Position numbers and translations under genes: made by a program. The notes beneath the pieces are model-generated. The model searched no databases. It was given only the letters and a program-made list of their open reading frames with translations, and had not been told where the DNA came from. A DNA stretch of 64,000 nt from Opitutales bacterium (GTDB taxonomy: Bacteria > Verrucomicrobiota > Verrucomicrobiia > Opitutales > UBA2987), in assembly GCA_965226885.1 (NCBI GenBank), contig CBDDEL010000011.1, positions 64,001-128,000 on the forward strand. Direction: 5' to 3'. Position 1 is the first letter of the stretch. Every line of letters starts with the position of its first letter. Positions 32,628 through 43,555 of the stretch are shown one piece after another.

Positions 32628-33758
32628 TCAGGCGTCCTTGAACTTCGGGTGGATGATTTTGCCGCCGTGGGTGATGAGGCAGCCCTGGATGATTTCGTCT
32701 TCCAGATCCAGGTTGAGCGTTTTGTTTTCCTGGTCCCAAAAATGCTCAATCAGGCTGGTTAGGTTGTAGGCATAAACCTGGCTGGCGTGATGGCCGACCT
32801 GTCCTTCCAGATTGCCTTCGCCTATTATGAGGACGCCGTTTTCGGTAAACACATCTTCGTTCAAACGGGAGCCCTCCACATTGCCGCCGGATTCCACCGC
32901 GAGGTCCACAACGACGCTGCCACGACTCATCTGGCCGACCATTTCCGCCGTCAGGATGACCGGCGCTTTGCGGCCGAAAAGTTTGGCTGTGGTGATGACA
33001 ATATCGCTGCGGGCGCAGGCCTCGGCCATGCCCTTGCGCTGCAATTCTATTTGCTCGGGGGTCAACTCCTTGGCGTAGCCCTGCTCGGTCTGGCCCATTT
33101 CACCGAGATCGATTTTAACGAATTTCGCCCCCAGTGATTTCACCTGCTCTTCCACCACCGGGCGGGTGTCGAAAGCCTCCACCCGGGCTCCCAGGCGCTT
33201 GGCTGTGGCGATGGCCTGCAACCCTGCCACGCCCACCCCAATAACGAATACCCGCGCCGGGGAAATGGTTCCGGCCGGTGTCATCATCATGGGCAAAATT
33301 TTATTCATCCGCTCGGCCGCCCTGATGACGGCGTAATACCCGGCCAAATTGGCCTGGGAGGAGAGCACATCCATTTTCTGGGCCAGGGTGGTGCGGGGCA
33401 TCATTTCCATGCTGATGGCGCTCACCCCGGCCTTGGCAAATGTCTGCAGGAGGTCTTTTTCCTGAAATGGATCGAGAAAACTGATGTGAATCACCCCGCT
33501 TTTCAGCTGGCCGATTTCCTCTTCCGACGGTTTGCGGACCCGCATCACGATATCGGCCGAACCGAGGGCCTGGGCTCTGTCTTCGACGATGGAAGCGCCC
33601 GCTTCCTCGTAATCCTTGTCCTCGTAATCGCTGGCCAGGCCCAGCCCGGCTTCGACCTTCACGGCCAACCCGGCCTCGACCAGTTTTTTCACGCTCACCG
33701 GAATGAGGGCGGCGCGGTTCTCACCGGCAAAAGTCTCTTTGGGGACAAACAGTTCCAT
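32628..33758 (-). CDS. pntA: NAD(P) transhydrogenase alpha-1 (dI) subunit
   Basis: MDVLSSQANLAGY, GVGVAGLQAIATAKRLGA, DLAVESGGN. Confidence 0.96.
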   Translation of the reverse strand: MELFVPKETFAGENRAALIPVSVKKLVEAGLAVKVEAGLGLASDYEDKDYEEAGASIVEDRAQALGSADIVMRVRKPSEEEIGQLKSGVIHISFLDPFQEKDLLQTFAKAGVSAISMEMMPRTTLAQKMDVLSSQANLAGYYAVIRAAERMNKILPMMMTPAGTISPARVFVIGVGVAGLQAIATAKRLGARVEAFDTRPVVEEQVKSLGAKFVKIDLGEMGQTEQGYAKELTPEQIELQRKGMAEACARSDIVITTAKLFGRKAPVILTAEMVGQMSRGSVVVDLAVESGGNVEGSRLNEDVFTENGVLIIGEGNLEGQVGHHASQVYAYNLTSLIEHFWDQENKTLNLDLEDEIIQGCLITHGGKIIHPKFKDA

Positions 33759-34178
33759 CTGGATTCTTTAATGAAAGTAGTAAAATTTTAATCAGTCTAT
33801 CGGTATTGTACCGGAAAATTTGCGTAAAATGAAGGCAAAATGAGGATAAACAGGTCCAAGTCGATAGTAAATCTTAATGTTTCCTTAATAAAACCGCAGA
33901 TTTCACAGATAGAGAAAGCGAATTTGGAGCCCACATTAATCATTTATCTGTGATTTTCCGTGGTTGATCAACTCCGTAGCCCGTGCCCAAAGCTTCACGT
34001 TAGAAAAATAAGGGCTATGCTTCCAATCCGTCGAGGACCCCGCGCATGTAGGCAAAGGATTGTTTCATGCCGTTCAAGGGATTATACTTATCAATCTCAT
34101 ATTCGAGATTCGCGTATCCTTGGTAGTTCATTTTTTTGAGTTGTCTAAGTATTTCAACCATGGGCATTTCCCCTTCAC

Positions 34179-36307
34179 TGACGTGTACTGGATTTGTTGG
34201 ACACGGGATTCTCTTATATTCATTGTTTATTGATTAGTGTGTCAGGCGGCTTGTTTTGGTAAAGGGTTTTGTTTTCTCGTTGCCCCCCATGGGGGGCAAA
34301 TATTTTCCTCGAATTGGACTGGGCTTTGGTAACTCAGAGAGGAATGTTTGCGATATCGGTTGTAGAAGATTTCCACGTATTCGAAGACAGTTGATCGCAG
34401 TTCGCGCTCGTCGGCAAAGTGGCGGCCTCGAATCGTGCTGGTCTTGAAGCGGCCGTAGAACGATTCCATGGCCGCGTTGTCGTAGCAGTTGCCTTGGGCG
34501 CTCATGCTCGGCTTCATGCCTAGTTCAGAGACCAGCCTCTGATAGTCGTCGCTGGCGTAGGGGCTGCCCCGATCGCTGTGATGAATAATCCCGGTGCGCA
34601 GTGTGCCGCGGGTCATGGCCGCGGCTTTGAGGGCCTTGCCAACCAGCTTCGCGTCGTTGTGGTTGGAAACGCTCCAGCCCAGCAGGCGTCGGCTGAACAG
34701 GTCCATCACCGTGGCCAAGTACATCCAACCGGCCAGGGTCCGTAGGTAGGTCGTGTCCGCCACCCAGACCTCGTCGATATGGGTCGGCTGGCCATGCTTT
34801 TTAAGCACATTGGGGCTGTAACCATAGGGATGGTTACTGTTGGTTTTTAATGGCTTAAAGCGTTTACTCTGGGTGCTTTTGATTCCCATTTCACGCATCA
34901 GACGCAGAGCCCGGTCACGGCCGCAATCGATGCCCTCATCATCCTTCAGATGGCGGTGCATTGGCCGATGCCCATAGCGGCCCTTGGCCTCTTTGTGTAC
35001 CTTCAGGATCGCCCCCTTGATTCCCTCGTCCTCGATCCGCCGGGCCGAGGGCGCTCGGTGCCTCCAGCAGTAATAGCCACTGCGACAAATCCCCATCGCC
35101 GAGCATATTTCCTCGATCTTGAAGCGCCCCTCGTTGTCTTTGACAAACTGGTACTTCATTGTTCGTCCTTGGCAAAGTAGCCCACCGTTTTTTGGTAGTG
35201 TTAACATGACGAATGTTTGATATTGCTGTTGTATTCCCAGATGAACAAGCACAGGACGCGAAAATGCATGACCAAAGACTTCGAGAATGACAGCGTTTTA
35301 CGCACATAGCGTGACAGGGACTGTCGCAAGGTATTGTTCCAGCGTTCGATATGGGCGGTTTGGCCGGATTGTTTCCCGCTGGCGCTGTTGTGAGGGAAAA
35401 CCTTGTCGTAGCTTTCCCAGTAATCGCTTACGGTGGCACAGTCGCGATAGGGCTGGGCGATGTTGTGATACAACTGCCAGCACGTTTGATCGCTACGATC
35501 ACCCAGAGAAAACCCGACGACCTGTCGGGTACGTCGACACAAGGCTACCCATAGCCATACCTGCCCCGAACGCTTATCGCCCCAGAATGACCACACCTCG
35601 TCCAGTCCCAGCACATCACTACACTGGCGGGCAAGCAGAGTGGACTCCAGCTTCGGCAAACTCAGGACTTTTTTTTAATCCATTCGATGACCGTCTTTGG
35701 GGCTACCCCGAAGGTACGGTAAATGGCACGCAGGCTCATCCGGTTTTGGTGCGCACGGAGCACCTGCTTGACCAGCGCCGGAGGATGCTCACGACTTTTG
35801 GGGTGAAGCCGAAACTGATAACCACACCCCTTGCATCGATACTTCTGAACCCCTTTCGGATCCTTGCCGTGCTTGATGATGTGATCGCTTCCGCATTGAG
35901 GACATTTTACTGTGATATGGACCATTCCCAGTTCACAACATAATCACGCTAAAAAGTACAGCTTAAACATTCAAAATGTTAACACTACCCGTTTTTTTTA
36001 GTATCTGGTTGATCCGCTCCGAGCGGCGCAGCTCTTTGCGAAGACGATCTATCTCGGCCGCCATCTCCTTCGGACTGCTCTGTCGCTTTGAGGTGGCTTC
36101 GCCCTGCTGATCGTCCAGATAGAGCCTCTTCCACCTATACAATTGGTTGGTGTTGACCCCAAGTTTGGTCGATACCTCGGTGGCGCTCAGACCATCGAGT
36201 ATCATCAGTTGAACTGCCTCATTTTTGAACTCTATACTGCGTCTTCTTCCCATGCTTCGATTCTCCATTTAGGAGAATCTCGTGTCCACTTTTTCCAGTG
36301 CACATCA
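34179..36307 (-). mobile_element. IS3-family element A, copy 2, with nested IS1-b
   Basis: Same ends as copy 1; 3-bp TSD CAC. Confidence 0.93.
35194..35989 (-). mobile_element. IS1-family element b (insA 35662-35925, insB to 35201)
   Basis: 14-bp TIR GGTAGTGTTAACAT; 8-bp TSD CGTTTTTT. Confidence 0.93.
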
Positions 36308-36686
36308 CACCGACAACGCACTGACTTTCCTTGTCCGTCAAATCCCGCAGGTCCTTAATATGCATGTCGAGAACATGGTCTCCGGCATCCGCAATTTCCT
36401 GTACGACATCCGCGCCGGTTCGTACCGTATGGCCGATATCAACACACAGTCCAAACCGTGGGTCCATGTCCCTTATAAGCCTGAGAGCATCGCTTGGACG
36501 AGGATAATATTCGTCTTCGGGGCCATGATTATGAATGGCAACCTTTATATCATATTTCTTAACGAATTTTTCGATTCGCTTTAAATTGTCTTTTGTGGGG
36601 GCGATGACCAGCAACGGCATTCCCGCATGTTTTGCATACTCGAAAAACGTCTGCACATGCTCGTCGGTATCCTCTCTAATATTGTT

Positions 36687-36734
36687 ATTGCCCCCGCCCA
36701 CAATTGCCCCCGCCCACAATTGCCCCCGCCCACA
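36687..36734. repeat. 16-bp tandem repeat x3
   Basis: ATTGCCCCCGCCCACA x3, frameshifts the isomerase gene. Confidence 0.95.
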
Positions 36735-36876
36735 ATTTTCAGGCCGGCATCCTCAAACTCTGCTCTGCCTTTCTGCAATTCCTCCTCAGAAAGATAATAG
36801 GGCAGGTGATGTGACTTAATGTTAATGAAAGGCGACCCAAGCTCCTTAACAACATCAATAGCCTGATGCCTGCTAA

Positions 36877-38443
36877 CCCGGATATTTCATGAAGGGTAAA
36901 GTTTGGCTCGTTATTGCTATTGGAGATGGATTTCTTTGTATTTTGAGCAGATCGTCTTGATTTTTAGGTGTTTTTCAGGGTGTAGAGACACTGCCCCCTT
37001 TCCCCCATTGGTTCGGTAGTGCCGGGGGCAGCACCAATGCACCCTTTAGGTTGGCACCAATCGGCGGGCCGCATGGTTGAAAAGACTGGCCCAAGGATAA
37101 CTCTCACTTAGGTGAAAGTGAATCGTTCGGGTGTTGCGCACGATGACCGCTCCGATCTTGATTAATTTGAGCCGCAGGGTGTGGCATTGGGCCCGCGCCC
37201 ACTTCGTCCCTTTTAAGGCTAACCGGCGCATGGCTTCCATCAAGGTGTAGGCCAGCGCCGACAAGAGCAATCGCCACTGATTGGCCCACCATTGATGGGC
37301 GCTGGTGCGCTCGCTGAACAATTGCATCTGTTCCTTGATTCGGTTCTCCATTTCACCGCGGCCACAGTATACCTTGTCGTAAAGCTCCTGGGGATCGCCC
37401 GGCAGGTTCGTCACCACGAAGCGCGGGTTGGACCCCTGTGCGGTGTGTTCGGCTTTATGGATGACCAACCGCAGCCATCGCCACGAATCGGCAGCATAGA
37501 CGAGGTCCTGGAATAACCGTTGTTTTTTACCCCTTAGTTCGAACCATTCTTTGGCCTGCTTTTGCAACTGCTGGGCGTCTTGCTGCAAGCGTGCATTGCG
37601 AGCCATCCCCACGATGTAACTAACTTCGTTGCGGTCGCACCAAGAGAGTATCCGGTCTCGACAAAATCCACTGTCGGCGCGCCAAATAATCCGCGTACGG
37701 GGCCAGCTTTGGCGAATCCGTTTAACCAGCAATTTGAGGATGGCCCCGGCATGCTTGCTGGCATCGATCTTGCTCGGCCGCAGGTAGGCCACCAGCAGCT
37801 GATCACCGCAAAAAACATATAGCGGCAGAAAACAGTAATGATCATAATAACCGTGGAAAAAACGTCCCTCCTGGAGCCCGTGCACCGGATTGTCGGTGCC
37901 GTCAAAGTCCAGGATGATCTCTTCGGGTTCCTCGGCAAAGGAGCCCATGAACTGTTCGACCAACAGCTCGTTTACCGCAAAGGCCGCCCGCCGATCCTGC
38001 CCGTTTTCAAAACGACACAAAGTCGGCGCGCTGGCCAACGTTTCAATGCGCCCCGTTACCGTTTGCAACAATGGATCGTGGCGCAGGGTATCAAAGTCGT
38101 TCAAATCCTCATAGCCCGCCACCAGCCCGTAAACGCGCTGCCGCAGCATCCCCAAGACCTCATGGCGTACTTTGCCCTTCTGCCGTTTGTCCACTAACTG
38201 TCGGGCCGCTCGTTCGGTCAAGCCCAACTGCCGATCCACTTCCCGGATCAAAAGCAGTCCGGCATCCGAAGTAACCTCTCCGCCCTTGAAATCAACCCGC
38301 ACACGGCGGCCTTTTACCCTTGTCAACTGTAGCTTTAATTGTTTACCTTTTGTCATCGCTGATATTGCTTTAATTATTGATCTATCCTGCTGTATATCAG
38401 CAGTTAAGCATATCAACGATACTTTTTTTACGAAATATCCGGG
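36877..38443 (-). mobile_element. IS1380-family element, intact (transposase 37046-38356)
   Basis: TIRs present; CTAA TSD. Confidence 0.95.
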
Positions 38444-38663
38444 CTAAGTTCGCGCAATGAATAACTGGCGACACCCAACTTTACCGGCCAGCTCTTTGAT
38501 TTACTTTCACCCGGCATCGGAGACCCGGATTCGGCCAAGCCAACATCAGGCAATAAAGAAGCCGCCGATACAGCGCCAGCAACCTTCAAAAATTCTCGTC
38601 GAGATTTGTTTTCCATTCGCTTTACTTCATTATCCAACACTACCAGGACACCACAATCCTTAA

Positions 38664-40455
38664 TTATTTGAAATTGGGAGCTGGTGCTTTAAGATTTACG
38701 TGTGTTCGGAGAAAGGTTTTTACGTCTTCGGAAGGGGAACCAGATGTAAAATCCATATTGTCGAAATGCCAGCGAGAAAGGGTCTTTCTTTCGAGTTCAG
38801 TGAAACCGAAACATGAACCATAAATAGATACATCGACTTGGCAAGTTTCTCGAAGTTTTAAGCGAAATACATTGTCATCATGATAACCGAAACCAAGAAA
38901 TATTACTCGTTTAGCCTTTGAAAGGACGTTGCGAGCCTGCTGAAATTCTGGATCATCCTCAACAGCTTCTGAAACAATTTTTGGTAGTGTATTAAGTAGG
39001 AATGGTGGCTAATTCTTGATTATATTGATGAATGAAAAGTCTCAGACAGGTTTCATGCATACTCTTAAGCTTGGAAAAGGAGAGGGTTTTGCGTGTGAAA
39101 CGACCCAGTCGTTGGCGCAGGGTATTGTTCCATCGTTCCACATGGGCCGTTTCACCGGTTTCTTTTCCCACGGATCGGTTATGAGGAAAGACTTCATCAT
39201 AAGTGCTCCAAAAGTCGCTGTAGGTGGCACATCTTTTGTAGGCCCGTGGCAGACGCTCGTAAAGTTCCCGGCAACGATACCAATCCCGAGGCCCAATGGC
39301 ATAGGAGAGGATTTGACGGGTGCGTCGGCAAAGAGCGATCCAAACCCATTGGGCATCGTTCTTGCGCCCCACAAAAGACCACAGTTCGTCCAGTTCAATG
39401 ACCTCATGGCGGCGGGACCTCATGGCGGCGGGCCGCAAGAATCGTGCTTTTGAGCGGTCGCAGCGATTGTCGTTTTTTTTAACCAACTCAAAACGGTGTT
39501 GGGACTCACCCCGAAGGCGCGCTGTAAACCGCGTAGACTGCTGCGTTCCTGATAGACTCGAAGGATCATTTCTTTTTGCTCTTCGGTGTATTTCACTGTG
39601 GGGTTTTCGCGGCTTTGTTTACCACAATCATGGCAGCGGTAGCGCTGTTTATGGTTGGGCGTCTTGCCAAATTTAATGATATTTTCACTTCCACAGTGCC
39701 GACAATTAATAATTTTAGTAACCATGCACTAAGAATAAACTGCCTTACGCTATTTGTACAGCTAAAAATACCAAATAACATTCTTTTTTTATACACTACC
39801 CAATTTTTATGTTTCCAGTAGCGAGTTTGATGTTGTCAAGGTTGACATTTGATCGGTAAGGTCGTTCGTTTTTTGATCCATGAAAAGGTAGGTCCCCAAG
39901 ATTTCCATGTAGGTGGATAATGGGTATTGATTTGACAAGTTTAGCCGCTTCAGATTCTCCGCAATCGTAATTGTTTTTTAGGGCTGTAATGAGAAAATGT
40001 TCAAATGAACGGTCGTAACGGCCGTAATTGTACGTTAGTACAGATAATTGATTTTTTGGGAATTCTTCTTGAGATGCATCTAACATTCCCAAAAGATACT
40101 CATACCATTTTCCTGATTTCTTTTCTGGTTTATCTGGCTTATCTGGCTTAAAAAGTGCTTGAGTATTCTCGTAGGTGATTAAAACCTGAGCCATCGCAAC
40201 CTTACCTATAAAAATATGGTTTGGCCTTCGCTCGAGGAATGCGTCGACAGATGATAAACCAGAGTATTCGAGTGCTTCGCGAAAGACAGGTATTTTTTGC
40301 GGTTGATTAATAAAAAGACAAAGAGATTTAAAATCCTCAGAATTTTCGTTTCTGAGTCTCTCAACAATTAAATTTCTAAGTTCGGCACCCGAAGGATAAC
40401 CATAATCACGACTCGCGCCTGCTCCAAGAATTAATACGGTCGGTATCTGAATCAT
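38664..40455 (-). pseudogene. SIR2-like domain protein split by IS1-a
   Basis: LILGAGAS, TYNY..YDRS, IHLHGNL, IFLGFGY; joins in frame across the CAATTTTT TSD to 966 nt. Confidence 0.85.
38983..39800 (-). mobile_element. IS1-family element a, copy 2
   Basis: Reverse complement of copy 1 plus a 16-bp duplication; 8-bp TSD CAATTTTT. Confidence 0.93.
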
Positions 40456-40468
40456 TTTACTTAATTAG

Positions 40469-42035
40469 CCCAGATATTTCATGAAGGGTAAAGTTTGGCT
40501 CGTTATTGCTATTGGAGATGGATTTCTTTGTATTTTGAGCAGATCGTCTTGATTTTTAGGTGTTTTTCAGGGTGTAGAGACACTGCCCCCTTTCCCCCAT
40601 TGGTTCGGTAGTGCCGGGGGCAGCACCAATGCACCCTTTAGGTTGGCACCAATCGGCGGGCCGCATGGTTGAAAAGACTGGCCCAAGGATAACTCTCACT
40701 TAGGTGAAAGTGAATCGTTCGGGTGTTGCGCACGATGACCGCTCCGATCTTGATTAATTTGAGCCGCAGGGTGTGGCATTGGGCCCGCGCCCACTTCGTC
40801 CCTTTTAAGGCTAACCGGCGCATGGCTTCCATCAAGGTGTAGGCCAGCGCCGACAAGAGCAATCGCCACTGATTGGCCCACCATTGATGGGCGCTGGTGC
40901 GCTCGCTGAACAATTGCATCTGTTCCTTGATTCGGTTCTCCATTTCACCGCGGCCACAGTATACCTTGTCGTAAAGCTCCTGGGGATCGCCCGGCAGGTT
41001 CGTCACCACGAAGCGCGGGTTGGACCCCTGTGCGGTGTGTTCGGCTTTATGGATGACCAACCGCAGCCATCGCCACGAATCGGCAGCATAGACGAAGTCC
41101 TGGAATAACCGTTGTTTTTTACCCCTTAGTTCGAACCATTCTTTGGCCTGCTTTTGCAACTGCTGGGCGTCTTGCTGCAAGCGTGCATTGCGAGCCATCC
41201 CCACGATGTAACTAACTTCGTTGCGGTCGCACCAAGAGAGTATCCGGTCTCGACAAAATCCACTGTCGGCGCGCCAAATAATCCGCTTACGGGGCCAGCT
41301 TTGGCGAATCCGTTTAACCAGCAATTTGAGGATGGCCCCGGCATGCTTGCTGGCATCGATCTTGCTCGGCCGCAGGTAGGCCACCAGCAGCTGATCACCG
41401 CAAAAAACATATAGCGGCAGAAAACAGTAATGATCATAATAACCGTGGAAAAAACGTCCCTCCTGGAGCCCGTGCACCGGATTGTCGGTGGCGTCAAAGT
41501 CCAGGATGATCTCTTCGGGTTCCTCGGCAAAGGAGCCCATGAACTGTTCGACCAACAGCTCGTTTACCGCAAAGGCCGCCCGCCGATCCTGCCCGTTTTC
41601 AAAACGACACAAAGTCGGCGCGCTGGCCAACGTTTCAATGCGCCCCGTTACCGTTTGCAACAATGGATCGTGGCGCAGGGTATCAAAGTCGTTCAAATCC
41701 TCATAGCCCGCCACCAGCCCGTAAACGCGCTGCCGCAGCATCCCCAATACCTCATGGCGTACTTTGCCCTTCTGCCGTTTGTCCACTAACTGTCGGGCCG
41801 CTCGTTCGGTCAAGCCCAACTGCCGATCCACTTCCCGGATCAAAAGCAGTCCGGCATCCGAAGTAACCTCTCCGCCCTTGAAATCAACCCGCACACGGCG
41901 GCCTTTTACCCTTGTCAACTGTAGCTTTAATTGTTTACCTTTTGTCATCGCTGATATTGCTTTAATTATTGATCTATCCTGCTGTATATCAGCAGTTAAG
42001 CATATCAACGATACTTTTTTTACGAAATATCCGGG
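40469..42035 (-). mobile_element. IS1380-family element, intact (transposase 40638-41948)
   Basis: TIRs (one mismatch); TTAG TSD. Confidence 0.95.
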
Positions 42036-42173
42036 TTAGAGGAATCAAAAACGGGTCGGGTTTATCTTTTTAAAATTGTAATGGTGCTTATTTTGGTGGG
42101 GTTTGATCGGTGGTTGTGGCTGTGTTTGGATTTGGGTTGTCGGTGGTTAGGGGGTTGGCTCCTTGGATGGTTT

Positions 42174-43418
42174 TTATGTGGAGGTCTCTTTGATGGTTTT
42201 TATGTGGAGGTCTCTTTGGGGGTAGGGGATTTCGATGTTGTTTTCTTTGAAGAGTTGCCAGACTTTGAGGAGGATGGCGCTTTTGATGTTGGTTACCCCG
42301 TTACTGGGGTCTTTGATCCAGACGCGCCCTTCGAGGTTGATGGAGCTGTCGCCGAATTCCACCAGGTGGCACATGGGGCAGGGGTCTTTGAGGATGCGTT
42401 CCACACTGGCGGCGGCTTGCAGGACGAGTTCGCGGGCTTTGTCGACGTCCGAATCGTAGGAGATGCCGAGGGGTATGCGGAGGCGCACGAGGTTGTGGGT
42501 GAAGGACCAGTTGATGACCGTTTGGGTGACCAGGTTTTCGTTGGGGATGAGGTGCTCGGTGCCGTCGCGGGTGATGATGGAGACATAGCGGGCGCTGAGG
42601 TTGTTGATCCACCCGTAGGTGTTTCCGATTTCGATGACGTCTCCGGGTTTGATCGATTTATCGGTCAGTAGAATGAAACCGCTGACCAGGTTGGAGATGA
42701 CCTTTTGCATGCCGAAACCGATGCCTACGCCGAGACCGCCGCCGAGCACGGTGAGGACCGTCAGGTCGAGCCCCATGGAATCGACCGCGATGAGGAAGGC
42801 GGCCGAGATGAGGGCGATTTTCGTGGCCTTGCCGATGAGGACCTTGATGGAGGAACTGATGATGGTGATGGCTTTGATGCGGTTGTCGATCAGCCGCGAA
42901 GCCAGTTGCACGAACCAGAGCATGACGATGAGGACAAACACGCCGGTGATCACGCCGTAGGCGGAGATTTTGGTCTTGCCGAGGGTCAACTGCATCGTTT
43001 CCAACAAGTTGACCACAGCTCCAAACCAGCCGAGCAGGTTGAGCGCTATGATGGAGTAAAGGACGATAGCGATCAGGCGCACCACGATGCGGTCCCTCGA
43101 ATAGGCCGTGAGCAAGGCCACGATGAGCCAAAGCCCGGTCAGTGCCCAGGTGATTTGGAGCAGCCCGAGCGGTGTTTTAAGCACAAGGCCGACACCGCCG
43201 ATGACGGCCATAAAAAGGAAGAACCACAAAAAAGCGGCATTTTCCCTTCGCCAGCAGCCGAAGCCGGGAGGGGATTTCAATCCACGGTCGGGCGGGGTGA
43301 GCTTTTTTTTCAGCAACCTGGCGGCGATGTAGAGGCCGACCAGGAGGGGTCCCTGCCAATAAAGGTCCACCAGGGCGATGCCCTGGGGTTGAAATATATC
43401 CTGCAAGTTGAATTCCAT
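42174..43418 (-). CDS. MscS-family mechanosensitive channel
   Basis: GIGFGMQKVISNLVSG, IKPGDVI, LIPNENL, IEIPYPQRDLH. Confidence 0.92.
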   Translation of the reverse strand: MEFNLQDIFQPQGIALVDLYWQGPLLVGLYIAARLLKKKLTPPDRGLKSPPGFGCWRRENAAFLWFFLFMAVIGGVGLVLKTPLGLLQITWALTGLWLIVALLTAYSRDRIVVRLIAIVLYSIIALNLLGWFGAVVNLLETMQLTLGKTKISAYGVITGVFVLIVMLWFVQLASRLIDNRIKAITIISSSIKVLIGKATKIALISAAFLIAVDSMGLDLTVLTVLGGGLGVGIGFGMQKVISNLVSGFILLTDKSIKPGDVIEIGNTYGWINNLSARYVSIITRDGTEHLIPNENLVTQTVINWSFTHNLVRLRIPLGISYDSDVDKARELVLQAAASVERILKDPCPMCHLVEFGDSSINLEGRVWIKDPSNGVTNIKSAILLKVWQLFKENNIEIPYPQRDLHIKTIKETST

Positions 43419-43555
43419 GTGGTGGGTATCAGTATAGGTTTAGTTAAGTGGAAAAGGGAACAATGGATGAATATCAGGTTCTAGTCGCTTGAAAGGGTCG
43501 GACGGATGTTCTTGCAAATTTGGTCATTCAATAAAATGTTTTTGCCTGGTTGTAA

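Larger units (their letters stand above)
34015..38616 (-). pseudogene. Tat-exported sugar-phosphate isomerase/epimerase (TIM barrel) broken by IS1380, IS3-A::IS1 and a repeat expansion
   Basis: SRREFLK signal, IHNHGPED, CVDIGH, HIKD, NLEYE; rebuilds to 867 nt in frame. Confidence 0.88.

Noticed and set aside
30871..40455. Functional NAD link between SIR2 and pntAB
   Set aside because: Separated by an unrelated gene and different in GC; adjacency probably incidental
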